From Chromatiales bacterium (ex Bugula neritina AB1) (GTDB lineage Bacteria; Pseudomonadota; Gammaproteobacteria; Granulosicoccales; Granulosicoccaceae): DNA of 64,000 bases. The notes below the pieces were generated by a model. It was not told the origin of the DNA and did no database searches. It was given only the letters and a program-made list of their open reading frames with translations. Of this stretch, positions 1-9,663 are shown in pieces. The first letter of the stretch is position 1, and the number at the start of each line of letters is the position of its first letter. The translations under genes were made by a program, and so were the position numbers. The stretch spans positions 35,741-99,740 of the forward strand of contig MDLA01000168.1 in assembly GCA_001730015.1 (NCBI GenBank), read 5' to 3'.

Positions 1-2142
1 ATCTGACGCTATAACCGCGCGATCATTTTCCAGATTAACCGGTGAATAGCGGTGGCCTGCCGCACGACTCTCGTAGGTCCAGTTTGGACTTTCGACGAAA
101 GCAGAAGCATCTGCGTCTATTTCCAGCGTATATAACATATTCGAAGTCCAGTCCGACCAGGCCGTCGGGCTTGATGACTCTACGTTTTCATCGTGCAGTG
201 AGAGCGGGATCGCCATACGTGCATTACGGGTACCGTTCGACGGCAACCAGGCAAACGCATGGTGATTTGCCAACGCCGGAGAATGGGTTCCGCGCTTACC
301 AACAACGATACTTTGCGCAACAAACGGGTTCGAGGCGTCCGATACATCAAACAGCGCCAGCTTAACGCCCTGATACCAGGCACCACGACCGTCTCCCCAG
401 CTGCTACCATCATCGGCAATAGCGTCTTTTCCTAGACCAAGCAATAGCGAATCATTCACCGCATGCAGGTAATCGGAATAGCCCGGCAATTCAAGTTCCC
501 CTGCTATGGAAGGATCGCGGGGATTAGATAAATCCAGCACATATAACGGATCAGTTAACCGAAACGTCACCAGATAAGCGCGATCACCAATAAATCGACT
601 CGCATACAAACTCTCACCCGGTTTTCCTATTGGATCCGGCCTGCGGTCATTCGGCAAGGTAGACACAGTACTAAGCCGCGAGGTACCGCTTTCGCCCAGT
701 ACGCTTAGAGTTACAGGTGAACCGGACCGACTCTCATCAAACGAGACAATACGCAGATTGCCGTCCTTCTCACTCATGCGAAAAGGCTTGCGTTTCGGGT
801 TCCATCCCAGATGCCCGCTTACTGATCCCGTGCCCTTGAACAAGGGAGCGCCATTATTACTAAAACTGAATTTGTGCACTTCCGTTGTAATTTCCGGTTG
901 TGAATAGCGAATAAGTGGCTCACCACGTGAATCGGTGGTCACTGAATAACTGTATTCGGTTGTAGCCAGGTACAAGGCATTCTGCGATACATAGATAGTT
1001 TCTGTATCTCCAACAAAGCACGCGTTATTCGTCTGAACATTGCGTGTATTCAGGTCAATTGTCACTATAGAAATAACGCTGGGGTAGCGGTAATACGGTG
1101 TCAGCTGACTCTCGTCGCTTTGCGAAGTTTCGGCAACAGAAGGGCCACTCTTATAACAGCGATTGTCAGCTATAATAGAGGCTGCGCTGCCATCATCCAC
1201 CGTATAGGTTGGTAGAAACTCGGCGTCATCTGCCCTTTCAATTAATTCCCGGTTACGCTGAATATCATCTTCACTCACCGGGTAGGTAATAATATCCCTG
1301 ATTTGCGGATGGTATCGGGTAACCAGTACCAGGCGGTTATCTATTTTTCTACTGGAAATCAATTGCCCGTCAATATCAACCGAGCGGGTTATCGACATAT
1401 TGCCGGCGTCACTGGCATCAACCCAGGAGATACGCGTCTGCAACCCGGCCCATTGAGATGCGGAACGCCAGTATTCCCAACTGTTAAACGAACTACGGGA
1501 TAACAACACCAAATCGCGAGAGCCACCATTTCTGTGCAGATACATACCTTCCGTTGTCCGACCTTCGCCTGTAAGTTTCAACCGCGACAGCACCGCAGAA
1601 TTGTTCTTATCCATGCGATAGGCGCTCAGCGTCTCCTCAGGTGGCGTATTGGGTACAATCGGCAGCGAGCTGCTCTCTAATTCATCGTTGAGAATCACCG
1701 GAAAAACGCCAAAGTAGCGGGAGTCAGGGGTTTCCAGTGCAAACAAGGTACTGCCATCAATTTTGATGCGATCCGACTCGTCAACCCCGGCTTCCTGTAC
1801 ATTGGTATCGCTGAAACGGACAGCAGTCGACGGGCTCGTCGAAGCGACGTCTGCCCCGGAATTCTCTGCTAAAGCAACTGAATCAACAGCCAGCACTCCG
1901 TTTTGACTACTAACATTTCTGGTGTAGTGATCAAGCATCGAACTACGTATCAGCGTATCGGCCTGGTCGGCAGCGAGTACCGGAACCGCCGGGTTGATTG
2001 TCTCATCGGTACTTCCGATCGTACCGCCACCGGAACCGCCGCAGGCCACTACAGTACAACCCGCAGCGACCACTGCGACTGCACGGGCAGCAACTCTCCA
2101 GATAGCTGGCATTTCATCACTCAAATTTGATTGGAAAAACAT
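1..2142 (-). CDS. beta-propeller domain lipoprotein (Beta_propel/PF09826-like); C-terminal end runs off the left edge of the window
   Basis: It is absent from the ORF track because it has no in-window stop. My reverse-strand translation from ATG 2142 stays open for all 714 codons down to position 1. The N-terminus MFFQSNLSDEMPAIWRVAARAVAVVAAGCTVVACGGSGGG is a signal peptide plus lipobox. The internal block RFIGDRAYLVTFRLTDPLYVLDLSNPRDPSIAGELELPGYSDYLHAV is the hallmark of this family as I recall it. An alternative start is ATG 2112. Confidence 0.7.
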   Translation of the reverse strand, partial: MFFQSNLSDEMPAIWRVAARAVAVVAAGCTVVACGGSGGGTIGSTDETINPAVPVLAADQADTLIRSSMLDHYTRNVSSQNGVLAVDSVALAENSGADVASTSPSTAVRFSDTNVQEAGVDESDRIKIDGSTLFALETPDSRYFGVFPVILNDELESSSLPIVPNTPPEETLSAYRMDKNNSAVLSRLKLTGEGRTTEGMYLHRNGGSRDLVLLSRSSFNSWEYWRSASQWAGLQTRISWVDASDAGNMSITRSVDIDGQLISSRKIDNRLVLVTRYHPQIRDIITYPVSEDDIQRNRELIERADDAEFLPTYTVDDGSAASIIADNRCYKSGPSVAETSQSDESQLTPYYRYPSVISIVTIDLNTRNVQTNNACFVGDTETIYVSQNALYLATTEYSYSVTTDSRGEPLIRYSQPEITTEVHKFSFSNNGAPLFKGTGSVSGHLGWNPKRKPFRMSEKDGNLRIVSFDESRSGSPVTLSVLGESGTSRLSTVSTLPNDRRPDPIGKPGESLYASRFIGDRAYLVTFRLTDPLYVLDLSNPRDPSIAGELELPGYSDYLHAVNDSLLLGLGKDAIADDGSSWGDGRGAWYQGVKLALFDVSDASNPFVAQSIVVGKRGTHSPALANHHAFAWLPSNGTRNARMAIPLSLHDENVESSSPTAWSDWTSNMLYTLEIDADASAFVESPNWTYESRAAGHRYSPVNLENDRAVIASD

Positions 2143-2346
2143 ATGTATTCCTCAAGATTACTTTCAATTAACAGTCACTGCCTGGGTGGACAGCAGAAAA
2201 TCACATTGCATACAAGTTTTCACAAACCTCTTTCAATGGGATTTATTTCCCAAATATAACCTTATATTTCGGCCAGTCAAGCCGAATATTAATATTATGG
2301 GATATTTTTCCCATAATATTGATGAATTCGGTGTAGTATTAGCTCC

Positions 2347-3177
2347 ATGAACAACCCGCCTGATAATCCCTTGTCCACTGCGGTTCGCAGAATGTTGCGG
2401 CCATTAGTTCGACTACTGCTGCGAAACGGTGTGGCCTATGCAGATTTCATTCACTATGTGAAAAAAATGTTTATTGAAGTGGCCGATGAAGATTTTAGTC
2501 TGCCGGGGCGCAACCAATCGGTATCGCGAATTGCGGTAGTCACCGGGATCAACCGCAAGGAGGTCAAACGCGTACTTGACGAAGGTTGCCAGGACAGCGA
2601 TCGACCGGAAAGCAACCGCGCAGCCCGCGTGGTTAAGGGTTGGATTCGCGATGAAGCCTATCGCGATCAAAACGGCAAGCCACGCGCGCTATGCTGGGGA
2701 GCCGGTGACAACGAAAACAGTTTTGAAGATCTTGTAAAGAAATACAGCGGAGATATACCAGCGCGATCAATACTTGACGAAATGATCCGCCTAGGCGCGG
2801 CTATATTGACACAAGACAACCAGGTTCAGCTGGCATCGAGCGGCTACGTTCCAGCCAGCAATAAAGAAGAATTGCTGCGCCTCTCAGGCGAGAGTGTCGG
2901 TGACTTACTTTCAACAATAGACCACAACCTGGCCGGCACCGACACGACAACTCGATTGCAGATGAGTGTAGCCTACGATGATGTGAGTACTGAAGGGGTT
3001 GAGTTATTTCAAAAACTGAGCAGAGACAAATCGCTTGAGTTACTACATTACCTCGACGGTTTTCTGTCAACTCACGACCGCACAATTAACCCGGCGGCAG
3101 CGGGCACGGGACGACATCGCACCGGCATTGGCATCTATTTCTTTGAAGAGGCCCTGGATGAACATACGGGTGAGTAA
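2347..3177 (+). CDS. hypothetical protein (possibly DUF6502-like)
   Basis: This is a 276-aa ORF transcribed divergently from the beta-propeller gene. The N-terminal LSTAVRRMLRPLVRLLLRNGVAYADFIHYVKKMFIEVA resembles DUF6502-type proteins from memory only. Its stop (3175-3177) overlaps a possible GTG start (3170) of the next ORF. Confidence 0.55.
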   Translation: MNNPPDNPLSTAVRRMLRPLVRLLLRNGVAYADFIHYVKKMFIEVADEDFSLPGRNQSVSRIAVVTGINRKEVKRVLDEGCQDSDRPESNRAARVVKGWIRDEAYRDQNGKPRALCWGAGDNENSFEDLVKKYSGDIPARSILDEMIRLGAAILTQDNQVQLASSGYVPASNKEELLRLSGESVGDLLSTIDHNLAGTDTTTRLQMSVAYDDVSTEGVELFQKLSRDKSLELLHYLDGFLSTHDRTINPAAAGTGRHRTGIGIYFFEEALDEHTGE

Positions 3178-3187
3178 ACGACTAATA

Positions 3188-4591
3188 ATGATGCTAAGCC
3201 ATATTGATCTACGAAAGAAGCGCAAGATTCTAAACGCCCGTATTTTTGTGCTACTAATATGCACCACACTAGTAGCATGCGACGGTGGTATATCAGGCAC
3301 TGGTGACGGCGGACCGATCGTAATAACACCCAACGGTGGCAACACCAATATGACGACAGATCTGGCAAGTAATGAGCAGGCCCAGACACCTTATGGCCTT
3401 CTGAATACTTTGCCATCTCAAGTTTTAACAGAGTTACCGGATCCTCTCATTTCAATACCAGCTACCTCAGTGACCTCATCTTTTGCTGCTCCATTTAATC
3501 AGCAACTCCAGACACTGGTTATCGCCGGCATACAAGTGCAAACCGAGCTGGCGTTGATTGAATCTGTGCTTGAAGAGACATTGCAACAATGCGCTATTCA
3601 GCAACGATGCAGCAGCATTCCAGCCACACTTCAGATTCCATACACACAAGATATCGCCAGTATCGAGCAACAACAATTACAACGGCTATTGTTCACGGCA
3701 TCACGTCAGTCCGGCCAGGTCATCACGCTCAACAACCTGCAGTTTGAATCATCACTCGCCGGGTACTACGATCAGAGAATAAGCTATGTACGCACAGACC
3801 GCAGCATAGTTTCGATCAAATGGACTTCGGATCGCAGGATTGTTTCGCTTCTGATCGACGATGCACGCACAGTCACACAAACATTGCTGTCTATAGACGG
3901 AACAAAAAACCGCATAAGCTTCCGACAGGCTGACAAAGACGGAGCAACCAGCCAGCCACAAATACTAAGCGCAGTTCTGGAGTCAGATTTCACTCGCGCA
4001 GAATTTCCAGGCGTCACTATCGAAGCAAACTGGCACACAGGAAAACAGTTTTATATACGCGGGCTCAGCAACACGAACACCGCCGTTTTTCTACAGCAAC
4101 CAGCACTCGATATTACTGAAAACCCACAACGCGAAATTGCAAATCGTGTCGGCGAAATTATAAACATTCAGACGTGTACAACTGGTATCGACTGCACTGA
4201 CTGGACAACATTTTTTTCCACTGATGCACTGCCGGACGAGCGGATCAACTCCCTTTACACAGATTTTGAAACCGGATTCGGTGATTCGTCTATAACCACA
4301 ACTGCGGCAATCGACATTCGCGGCGTGAGTACGGATGTCAACACAATTGTATTGTCGCCCGGCGACAGCCTGTCCGGTGGTCCGGAAGCTACAGATCCGG
4401 TGTGCTCAGGACAACGAGTGAGAGGCAGATTTTCAAACAACTTCACCGGCACTCTAAAAATTATCTGCTGGCAACCTCTTCCACTACAGGAGGAGGTATC
4501 AGTATATGAGGAATCTATACAAGGCAGTACAATTCTCTATCGCCTGATTACCAATACAACTATAGAAGTCACACCACAACCAATACACTAA
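3188..4591 (+). CDS. putative lipoprotein, unknown function
   Basis: The track ORF 3035..4591 overlaps the upstream gene. The internal ATG 3188 (or GTG 3170) gives MMLSHIDLRKKRKILNARIFVLLICTTLVAC-DGG, a signal peptide plus lipobox. I recognise no family for the remainder. Confidence 0.55.
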   Translation: MMLSHIDLRKKRKILNARIFVLLICTTLVACDGGISGTGDGGPIVITPNGGNTNMTTDLASNEQAQTPYGLLNTLPSQVLTELPDPLISIPATSVTSSFAAPFNQQLQTLVIAGIQVQTELALIESVLEETLQQCAIQQRCSSIPATLQIPYTQDIASIEQQQLQRLLFTASRQSGQVITLNNLQFESSLAGYYDQRISYVRTDRSIVSIKWTSDRRIVSLLIDDARTVTQTLLSIDGTKNRISFRQADKDGATSQPQILSAVLESDFTRAEFPGVTIEANWHTGKQFYIRGLSNTNTAVFLQQPALDITENPQREIANRVGEIINIQTCTTGIDCTDWTTFFSTDALPDERINSLYTDFETGFGDSSITTTAAIDIRGVSTDVNTIVLSPGDSLSGGPEATDPVCSGQRVRGRFSNNFTGTLKIICWQPLPLQEEVSVYEESIQGSTILYRLITNTTIEVTPQPIH

Positions 4592-5301
4592 GGTGAGCAA
4601 TAGCCCGCCGCCAGCATCGGGCCATTGTTTTTTTCCTGCAGAAAAACGGCGCAGCCACTATTTTCCTGCGCTAGCGCTGGTACAGTCACTGTGGTGGTAT
4701 AGCTACTGTCAAAAAGATCTGCCAATGGCGTTAGCTCTCTAACGACATGATGATTGCGCATTACCTTACCCTGGTTTTCACCATTTTTCACATCGGTGAT
4801 CTGCAAGCGATCAAACACAGCCATCCACAGCCTGGCATCGGAACGACTGCCATCGATAGATATAGTCACATCGTTACCGGATTGCTTCGCTTGTATTTCC
4901 AGTGGCGGCACCGCTACATGCAACGCTTTTTTAATCGCTCCACTACTGGTGCCGACCTGAGCAGTATGACCATTTATAATGATCTGAGGAGTATAGACTC
5001 CGCGCTTGCCTTTTAACGCTCTGGCATTGTAATTTCGCTGTCGTTGTGAATATTCTGCATTCGAGAAGGGATCCTTCCAGATACCCGCAGCTCCATAGTT
5101 TAAATCGTCCCAGTAATCGACATGAAACTCCAGGGCGACAAGATCGGGGTTTTCCGATATCAACTGAGCCAGATATTTATCAGCGGGTGGACAGGAATAG
5201 CACCCTTGTGAGGTGTACAACTCAACTATTGGTGCTGCGAATGAGGTGGCAGCCGATCCGGATAACAAAGCCGCACATATCGTTAACATTGCCGGTCGCA
5301 T
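4588..5301 (-). CDS. DUF1223 domain-containing (thioredoxin-like) secreted protein
   Basis: The motifs ELYTSQGCYSCPPADKYLAQL and EFHVDYWDDLNYG are typical of DUF1223. The start was moved to ATG 5301 (MRPAMLTICAALLSGSAATSFA signal peptide) rather than the track start at 5364. Confidence 0.8.
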   Translation of the reverse strand: MRPAMLTICAALLSGSAATSFAAPIVELYTSQGCYSCPPADKYLAQLISENPDLVALEFHVDYWDDLNYGAAGIWKDPFSNAEYSQRQRNYNARALKGKRGVYTPQIIINGHTAQVGTSSGAIKKALHVAVPPLEIQAKQSGNDVTISIDGSRSDARLWMAVFDRLQITDVKNGENQGKVMRNHHVVRELTPLADLFDSSYTTTVTVPALAQENSGCAVFLQEKNNGPMLAAGYCSP

Positions 5302-5470
5302 GATAGTTTCTCCAAAGTAAATGCAGTCGAGGCGCCAGAGTAATGGCAAACAGGGTGCTCGCAATCGGCTGATGCCGGGTTAACTTGACTACCGGCGCGA
5401 GCGCTGTAATTCTTGACAGCCCGTTTTTACCGAAGTTCGCAAATCACTACCTCAAGCGCACAGTGGTTGA

Positions 5471-6853
5471 TCATCTGCCCGGCATCTGCAAATATTCATT
5501 TGCATAACGCTGGCCCAGTTGCCGCAGCCCCTCGGCTGAGAAATGGGAGCCATAGGGGTCATCCGCGCGCTTTGGCAAATCCGTAGCAGCAACACAACCG
5601 GTCAATGGATCTGAATCTGAATTAAGCGCCATTAAACGCCTGTTAACACCCACTGCTCGTCGCGTTTCGCCACAGATAAACGCAGTATCCGATCGCCCCC
5701 ACAACTCATTACGTATATTTTTAATCAAAGCGTTTAGTTTGATTGCGTAATAATTGCGATACTCATCGGAATCTTTAGATGTGTATCCTGTGGCACCGGC
5801 ATCAGCTGTCCCTTCGTACAACCAGTCATTCTCGCCCTGTTGCCACAACACTGCATCAACACTGTACTTGTGTGGCAAATGCTTAAGCGCACGCTCTACC
5901 TTGTTACCTAGAATTCTATAAAAGTCGGAATTGTAGTCCCAGTGTGCGATGCCTTTGCCAGAGGCTGCTGCCACAATGATAGCTGGCACCCGGTTGGATC
6001 TGGAACGCGCCAGCGATTTTCCGAAATGAAACGCAAAACTGTTGTTGGGCTCACGATCGGGAGTTGTCGTGGAGAAATTTCCAGGCGCTCCGTGAAGGTC
6101 CCACGCCTGGTGTAGATCGGCAATCTGCCAGCCGTTATCAGTAAACGCAAACACCCGCTCATGGGGCTGATCCAGTTTTGCATCGAAGCTGGTCCGCGCT
6201 GCAGCCACATTAGACTGACCGGTCACCAGAATAACATCGGTTATATCTTCAAGGGTCAGCTCATCACCCTTCTTTTTTCCCGTCACTACCACGCAGGTAT
6301 TGCCGTTTTCCCAACCATAGCCATCACCATCCGGGTCACTGCCAATTAAGCTGCAATCAGGAAACTCAGTAGTGCGCTGCACAATACAGATACGTTCGTT
6401 CTCAATTCCGAAACCGTCACCATCCGGATCTGTAATCCCTGGAGAACACAGCGGATGATCCTTCCGGGTACCGTCAGCGATGCAAGTCTTGTTGTCTTCC
6501 CAGCCATATCCGTCACCATCGGGATCACTCGTATCATGGACGCAAGGCGGATGTCCATCTGTTTTGGTAAGTACTACCAGGCAGGTTTGATTATTTTCCC
6601 AGCCATACCCATCGCCGTCGGGGTCACTGCGCCTGGACTCACAATCCGGATAGTTGAGTGGTTCCCGATCGTGCTCCGAGCCCTGAACGAGGCATGTTTG
6701 ATTATTTTCCCAACCCCATCCATCCGAATTGGTGTCCGAATCGGTGAATTGACAATAGGGATAAACCGGCTCGGCATGGGCACGGCAGACCAGCGCAAAA
6801 CAAACACACACAACTACATAGAAAAAAAGCCCAGAGACATGACCAGCAGACAA
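5471..6853 (-). CDS. secreted SASA/DUF303-type (sialate O-acetylesterase-like, SGNH-fold) carbohydrate esterase with five N-terminal Cys-bracketed repeats
   Basis: A signal peptide MSAGHVSGLFFYVVVCVCFALVCRAHA is followed by 5 x C-x19-C repeats. The catalytic part carries VILVTGQSN and WQQGENDW, the GQSN and QGE blocks of the SASA family. Confidence 0.75.
   Translation of the reverse strand: MSAGHVSGLFFYVVVCVCFALVCRAHAEPVYPYCQFTDSDTNSDGWGWENNQTCLVQGSEHDREPLNYPDCESRRSDPDGDGYGWENNQTCLVVLTKTDGHPPCVHDTSDPDGDGYGWEDNKTCIADGTRKDHPLCSPGITDPDGDGFGIENERICIVQRTTEFPDCSLIGSDPDGDGYGWENGNTCVVVTGKKKGDELTLEDITDVILVTGQSNVAAARTSFDAKLDQPHERVFAFTDNGWQIADLHQAWDLHGAPGNFSTTTPDREPNNSFAFHFGKSLARSRSNRVPAIIVAAASGKGIAHWDYNSDFYRILGNKVERALKHLPHKYSVDAVLWQQGENDWLYEGTADAGATGYTSKDSDEYRNYYAIKLNALIKNIRNELWGRSDTAFICGETRRAVGVNRRLMALNSDSDPLTGCVAATDLPKRADDPYGSHFSAEGLRQLGQRYANEYLQMPGR
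6293..6754 (-). repeat. five tandem coding repeats (31-37 aa period): C-x6-7-D(P/S)DGDG(Y/W/F)G(W/I)E(N/D)-x3-C
   Basis: The repeats run Cys34-Cys54, Cys71-Cys91, Cys104-Cys124, Cys136-Cys156 and Cys167-Cys187 of the 460-aa ORF. Examples are SDPDGDGYGWENNQTC, SDPDGDGYGWEDNKTC, TDPDGDGFGIENERIC and SDPDGDGYGWENGNTC. Confidence 0.85.
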
Positions 6854-6997
6854 AATAGCTCCTTAGAGAATCATCCAAACACTAGCCTATAGACTATATT
6901 TTTTGATTCTTCTTTCAGTACAGGCTGTTCTGCTACCGTATTAACAAGCTGTCATCTGATTTATCGATAACGGCATACTGAAATTAAGCGGCAATCT

Positions 6998-7834
6998 TCA
7001 CTCAGTCATTTGCAGGTACTTTGTAGCGTATCGGGTACCCAGCGTTCTCAGACCTTCTGCAGAAAAATGCAAGTTATCGAGTATGGTCGATAAACCATCC
7101 GACTCCACACATCCCGTCCAGCGGTCGTTGTCTGAATTTAACGCCATCAATCTGCGATTTACTGGTGCTTCTACCGTTTCACCGCAAATAAAGGGTTTGT
7201 TGAATCCGTACCAACTTTCTGATCGAAAGTTACTGATCAATGTTGACAGTTTATTGCTGTAGTAGTCATTGTCAGCCCAATCTGATTCGCCCTGGTGCCA
7301 GAGAATACCGTCAATTGACGATTTACTCGGAAGTTCATTAAGCGCTGCGCTGACGCGATCGGTTATCTTCAAGAAAAACTCCCCGCCGCCATCCCAGTGG
7401 TCAATTGCTTCACCAGGCGCTGTGACCAATATAAAACCAACAACCTTCTCAGGTCTTCGCAGCGCTACTTTCCTGGCAAAGTGGAATGCAAAATTATTGG
7501 ACGGATCAGTCGCCGGATCATTTCTAGGGTGCCAGTTGAGATCCCATATCTGATTGAGATCGGCTATCTGCCAGCCCTCACTGGTATAGGCATACGCCCT
7601 GTCCACCGGCGTATCGATGGCTGCATCATAGCCGGTATCAGCACCGAGCGCGTTGGATTGCCCGGTGACTAATACTACGTCGGTGATATCTGCCATCGTA
7701 GCCGGGTTTCCGGACGAATTGGTGGTGGTATCCGGGCTGCTATTCATACCACTGTTATCAGTACCATCTCCACCGCCCTGACAGGCGGCAAGAGAAAAAA
7801 CAGCAGCTCCGAAAACACACGAATTCAACAACAT
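6998..7834 (-). CDS. SASA/DUF303-type esterase lipoprotein (paralog of 5471..6853 without the repeats)
   Basis: The blocks VVLVTGQSNALGADT and ILWHQGESDW and the C-terminal LHFSAEGLRTLGTRYATKYLQM run parallel to the neighbour's SHFSAEGLRQLGQRYANEYLQM. ATG 7834 gives MLLNSCVFGAAVFSLAAC-QGGG, a lipobox. Confidence 0.75.
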   Translation of the reverse strand: MLLNSCVFGAAVFSLAACQGGGDGTDNSGMNSSPDTTTNSSGNPATMADITDVVLVTGQSNALGADTGYDAAIDTPVDRAYAYTSEGWQIADLNQIWDLNWHPRNDPATDPSNNFAFHFARKVALRRPEKVVGFILVTAPGEAIDHWDGGGEFFLKITDRVSAALNELPSKSSIDGILWHQGESDWADNDYYSNKLSTLISNFRSESWYGFNKPFICGETVEAPVNRRLMALNSDNDRWTGCVESDGLSTILDNLHFSAEGLRTLGTRYATKYLQMTE

Positions 7835-8022
7835 ACGCAGTTTCGATAAGGCAAGTATCGAATTGAGACTGGCACGCCCGCAGGCGGGAAATCCATAGAA
7901 ATTATTTAGTCTGGGCATAGTGAAAGGAATTCTGCGGCGGGTTAAATCAGCACGACGGCTTTCCCACGATTATACCGCATTCATTCCGCACCAAAGATAT
8001 AACAAATGATACAAATGCCGGG

Positions 8023-9480
8023 CTATTGAGTTTCAAGCCAATGCTGGTGCGCAAGATCAATTCCGATACGCGCACTGGCGAACAATTCGTCAATCTGCGC
8101 CTCACTGATAGTCAGTGGCGGTGACAGGATCATCGCATCATCGACAGCACGCATAATCAAACCATTTTCCATACACCGATCACGACAAAAACTGCCAATC
8201 GAGCCATCTGTGCCAAACTGTTGATTACCCGGTTTTTCCGGTACCAGTTGCATTGCTCCAAGCAAGCCGACGCCACGGATTTGACCAACGAACGGGTGCT
8301 CAGCAAGTTCCTGTAGCCGACTTTGAAAGTAGGGAGCGATGCGTTCACCCGCAATTTCAACGATACGTTCACGCTGCATCAGTTCAATATTGGCAATTGC
8401 CGCCGCCGCACAGGCCGGGTGCCCGGAATAGGTGTAGCCATGATTAAAATCTCCACCCTGCTCCAGCCCCTCGACGATGCGATCACCGACCACTACCGCG
8501 CCGATCGGCAGATAGCCGGAGGACAATCCTTTGGCGATTGCCATCAGATCGGCTGTAATTTCGAACTGATCAGAGCCGAACCATTTTCCGGTACGTCCGA
8601 ACCCGCAAATCACTTCATCTGCAACCAGCAGAACATCGTGCCGGGTACAAATCTCCTGGATCAACGGCCAGTAGGTTGATGGCGGAACAATAACACCACC
8701 CGCCCCTTGCACAGGCTCGGCAATAAAAGCTGCGACATTCCCCGCACCCAACTCGATTATTTTTTCTTCGAGCGCATTCGCCGCCCGCACTCCAAACGCT
8801 TCAGGCGATGAATCATATCCGAGCGCAAACCAATGCGGCTGCATTATATGTTCGATATCCGCTATCGGCAGCCCGCCCTGCTTATGCATGGGCTTCATTC
8901 CTCCCAGACTTGCACCGGCCATAGTACTGCCGTGGTAGGCATTCTCTCGGCTGATAATGACTTTTTTCTCAGGTTTTCCAACGGCCGACCAATAGTGCCG
9001 TACCATTCTAACAACCGTGTCATTGGCCTCTGAACCCGAACTGCAGAAAAATACCCGGTTCAGGTGTTCCGGAGTCAGTTCCGCCACTCGCGCAGCCAAC
9101 TCGATAACCGGTGGGTGGCTGGTCTGAAAAAAGGTGTTGTAATACGGTAATTGTTGCATCTGCTGATACACAGCATCAAGGATCTCGCGTCTGCCGTAAC
9201 CGGCATTTACACACCAGAGACCGGCCATACCATCGAGAAATCTATTGCCCTCGGTGTCCCACAGATAGACACCTTCGGCGCGCTCGATTATACGAGCGCC
9301 TTTCTGGTTTAAGGCTTTTGTATCGGTGAACGGATGCAGATGATGCATCGCATCCAGCTGCTGCAGTGTATCGGTCGATGTATTATGCAAACCTTCCAAT
9401 TGATCTCTCCGGGCGAAAACAAATTTACGGTGGCGGTTTAAAAGTGAGGATCGCAGCGGGAATAGGCAATTCTGAGTCAC
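8023..9480 (-). CDS. class III (omega) aminotransferase, SpuC / beta-alanine-pyruvate transaminase-like
   Basis: The region LDAMHHLHPFTDTKALNQKGARIIERAEGVYLWDTEGNRFLDGMAGLWCVNAGYGR and the blocks DEVICGFGRTGKWFG and AKGLSSGYLPIGA (PLP lysine region) fit this class. The true start may lie downstream of 9480. Confidence 0.85.
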   Translation of the reverse strand: MTQNCLFPLRSSLLNRHRKFVFARRDQLEGLHNTSTDTLQQLDAMHHLHPFTDTKALNQKGARIIERAEGVYLWDTEGNRFLDGMAGLWCVNAGYGRREILDAVYQQMQQLPYYNTFFQTSHPPVIELAARVAELTPEHLNRVFFCSSGSEANDTVVRMVRHYWSAVGKPEKKVIISRENAYHGSTMAGASLGGMKPMHKQGGLPIADIEHIMQPHWFALGYDSSPEAFGVRAANALEEKIIELGAGNVAAFIAEPVQGAGGVIVPPSTYWPLIQEICTRHDVLLVADEVICGFGRTGKWFGSDQFEITADLMAIAKGLSSGYLPIGAVVVGDRIVEGLEQGGDFNHGYTYSGHPACAAAAIANIELMQRERIVEIAGERIAPYFQSRLQELAEHPFVGQIRGVGLLGAMQLVPEKPGNQQFGTDGSIGSFCRDRCMENGLIMRAVDDAMILSPPLTISEAQIDELFASARIGIDLAHQHWLETQ

Positions 9481-9663
9481 TTAGTGCGATCGATTTGGCC
9501 GAATAGTAACTCGGATTCAATTTAAATCGATCACATAGCTGACCAGTACAGCGCCTCCGCCGCAGATCATTCTTTCTCAGACCACCTCAGGGGAAACGAA
9601 CCTTAGAGTCCGCTATTGAGAATGGAAAGCGTTGTTACCATTCAATACAAGCAATCGGTAATA

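Noticed and set aside
3035-3187. Upstream extension of the lipoprotein ORF (track start 3035)
   Set aside because: It overlaps the preceding gene by about 140 nt in another frame. The lipoprotein signal peptide begins at 3188, or at 3170.
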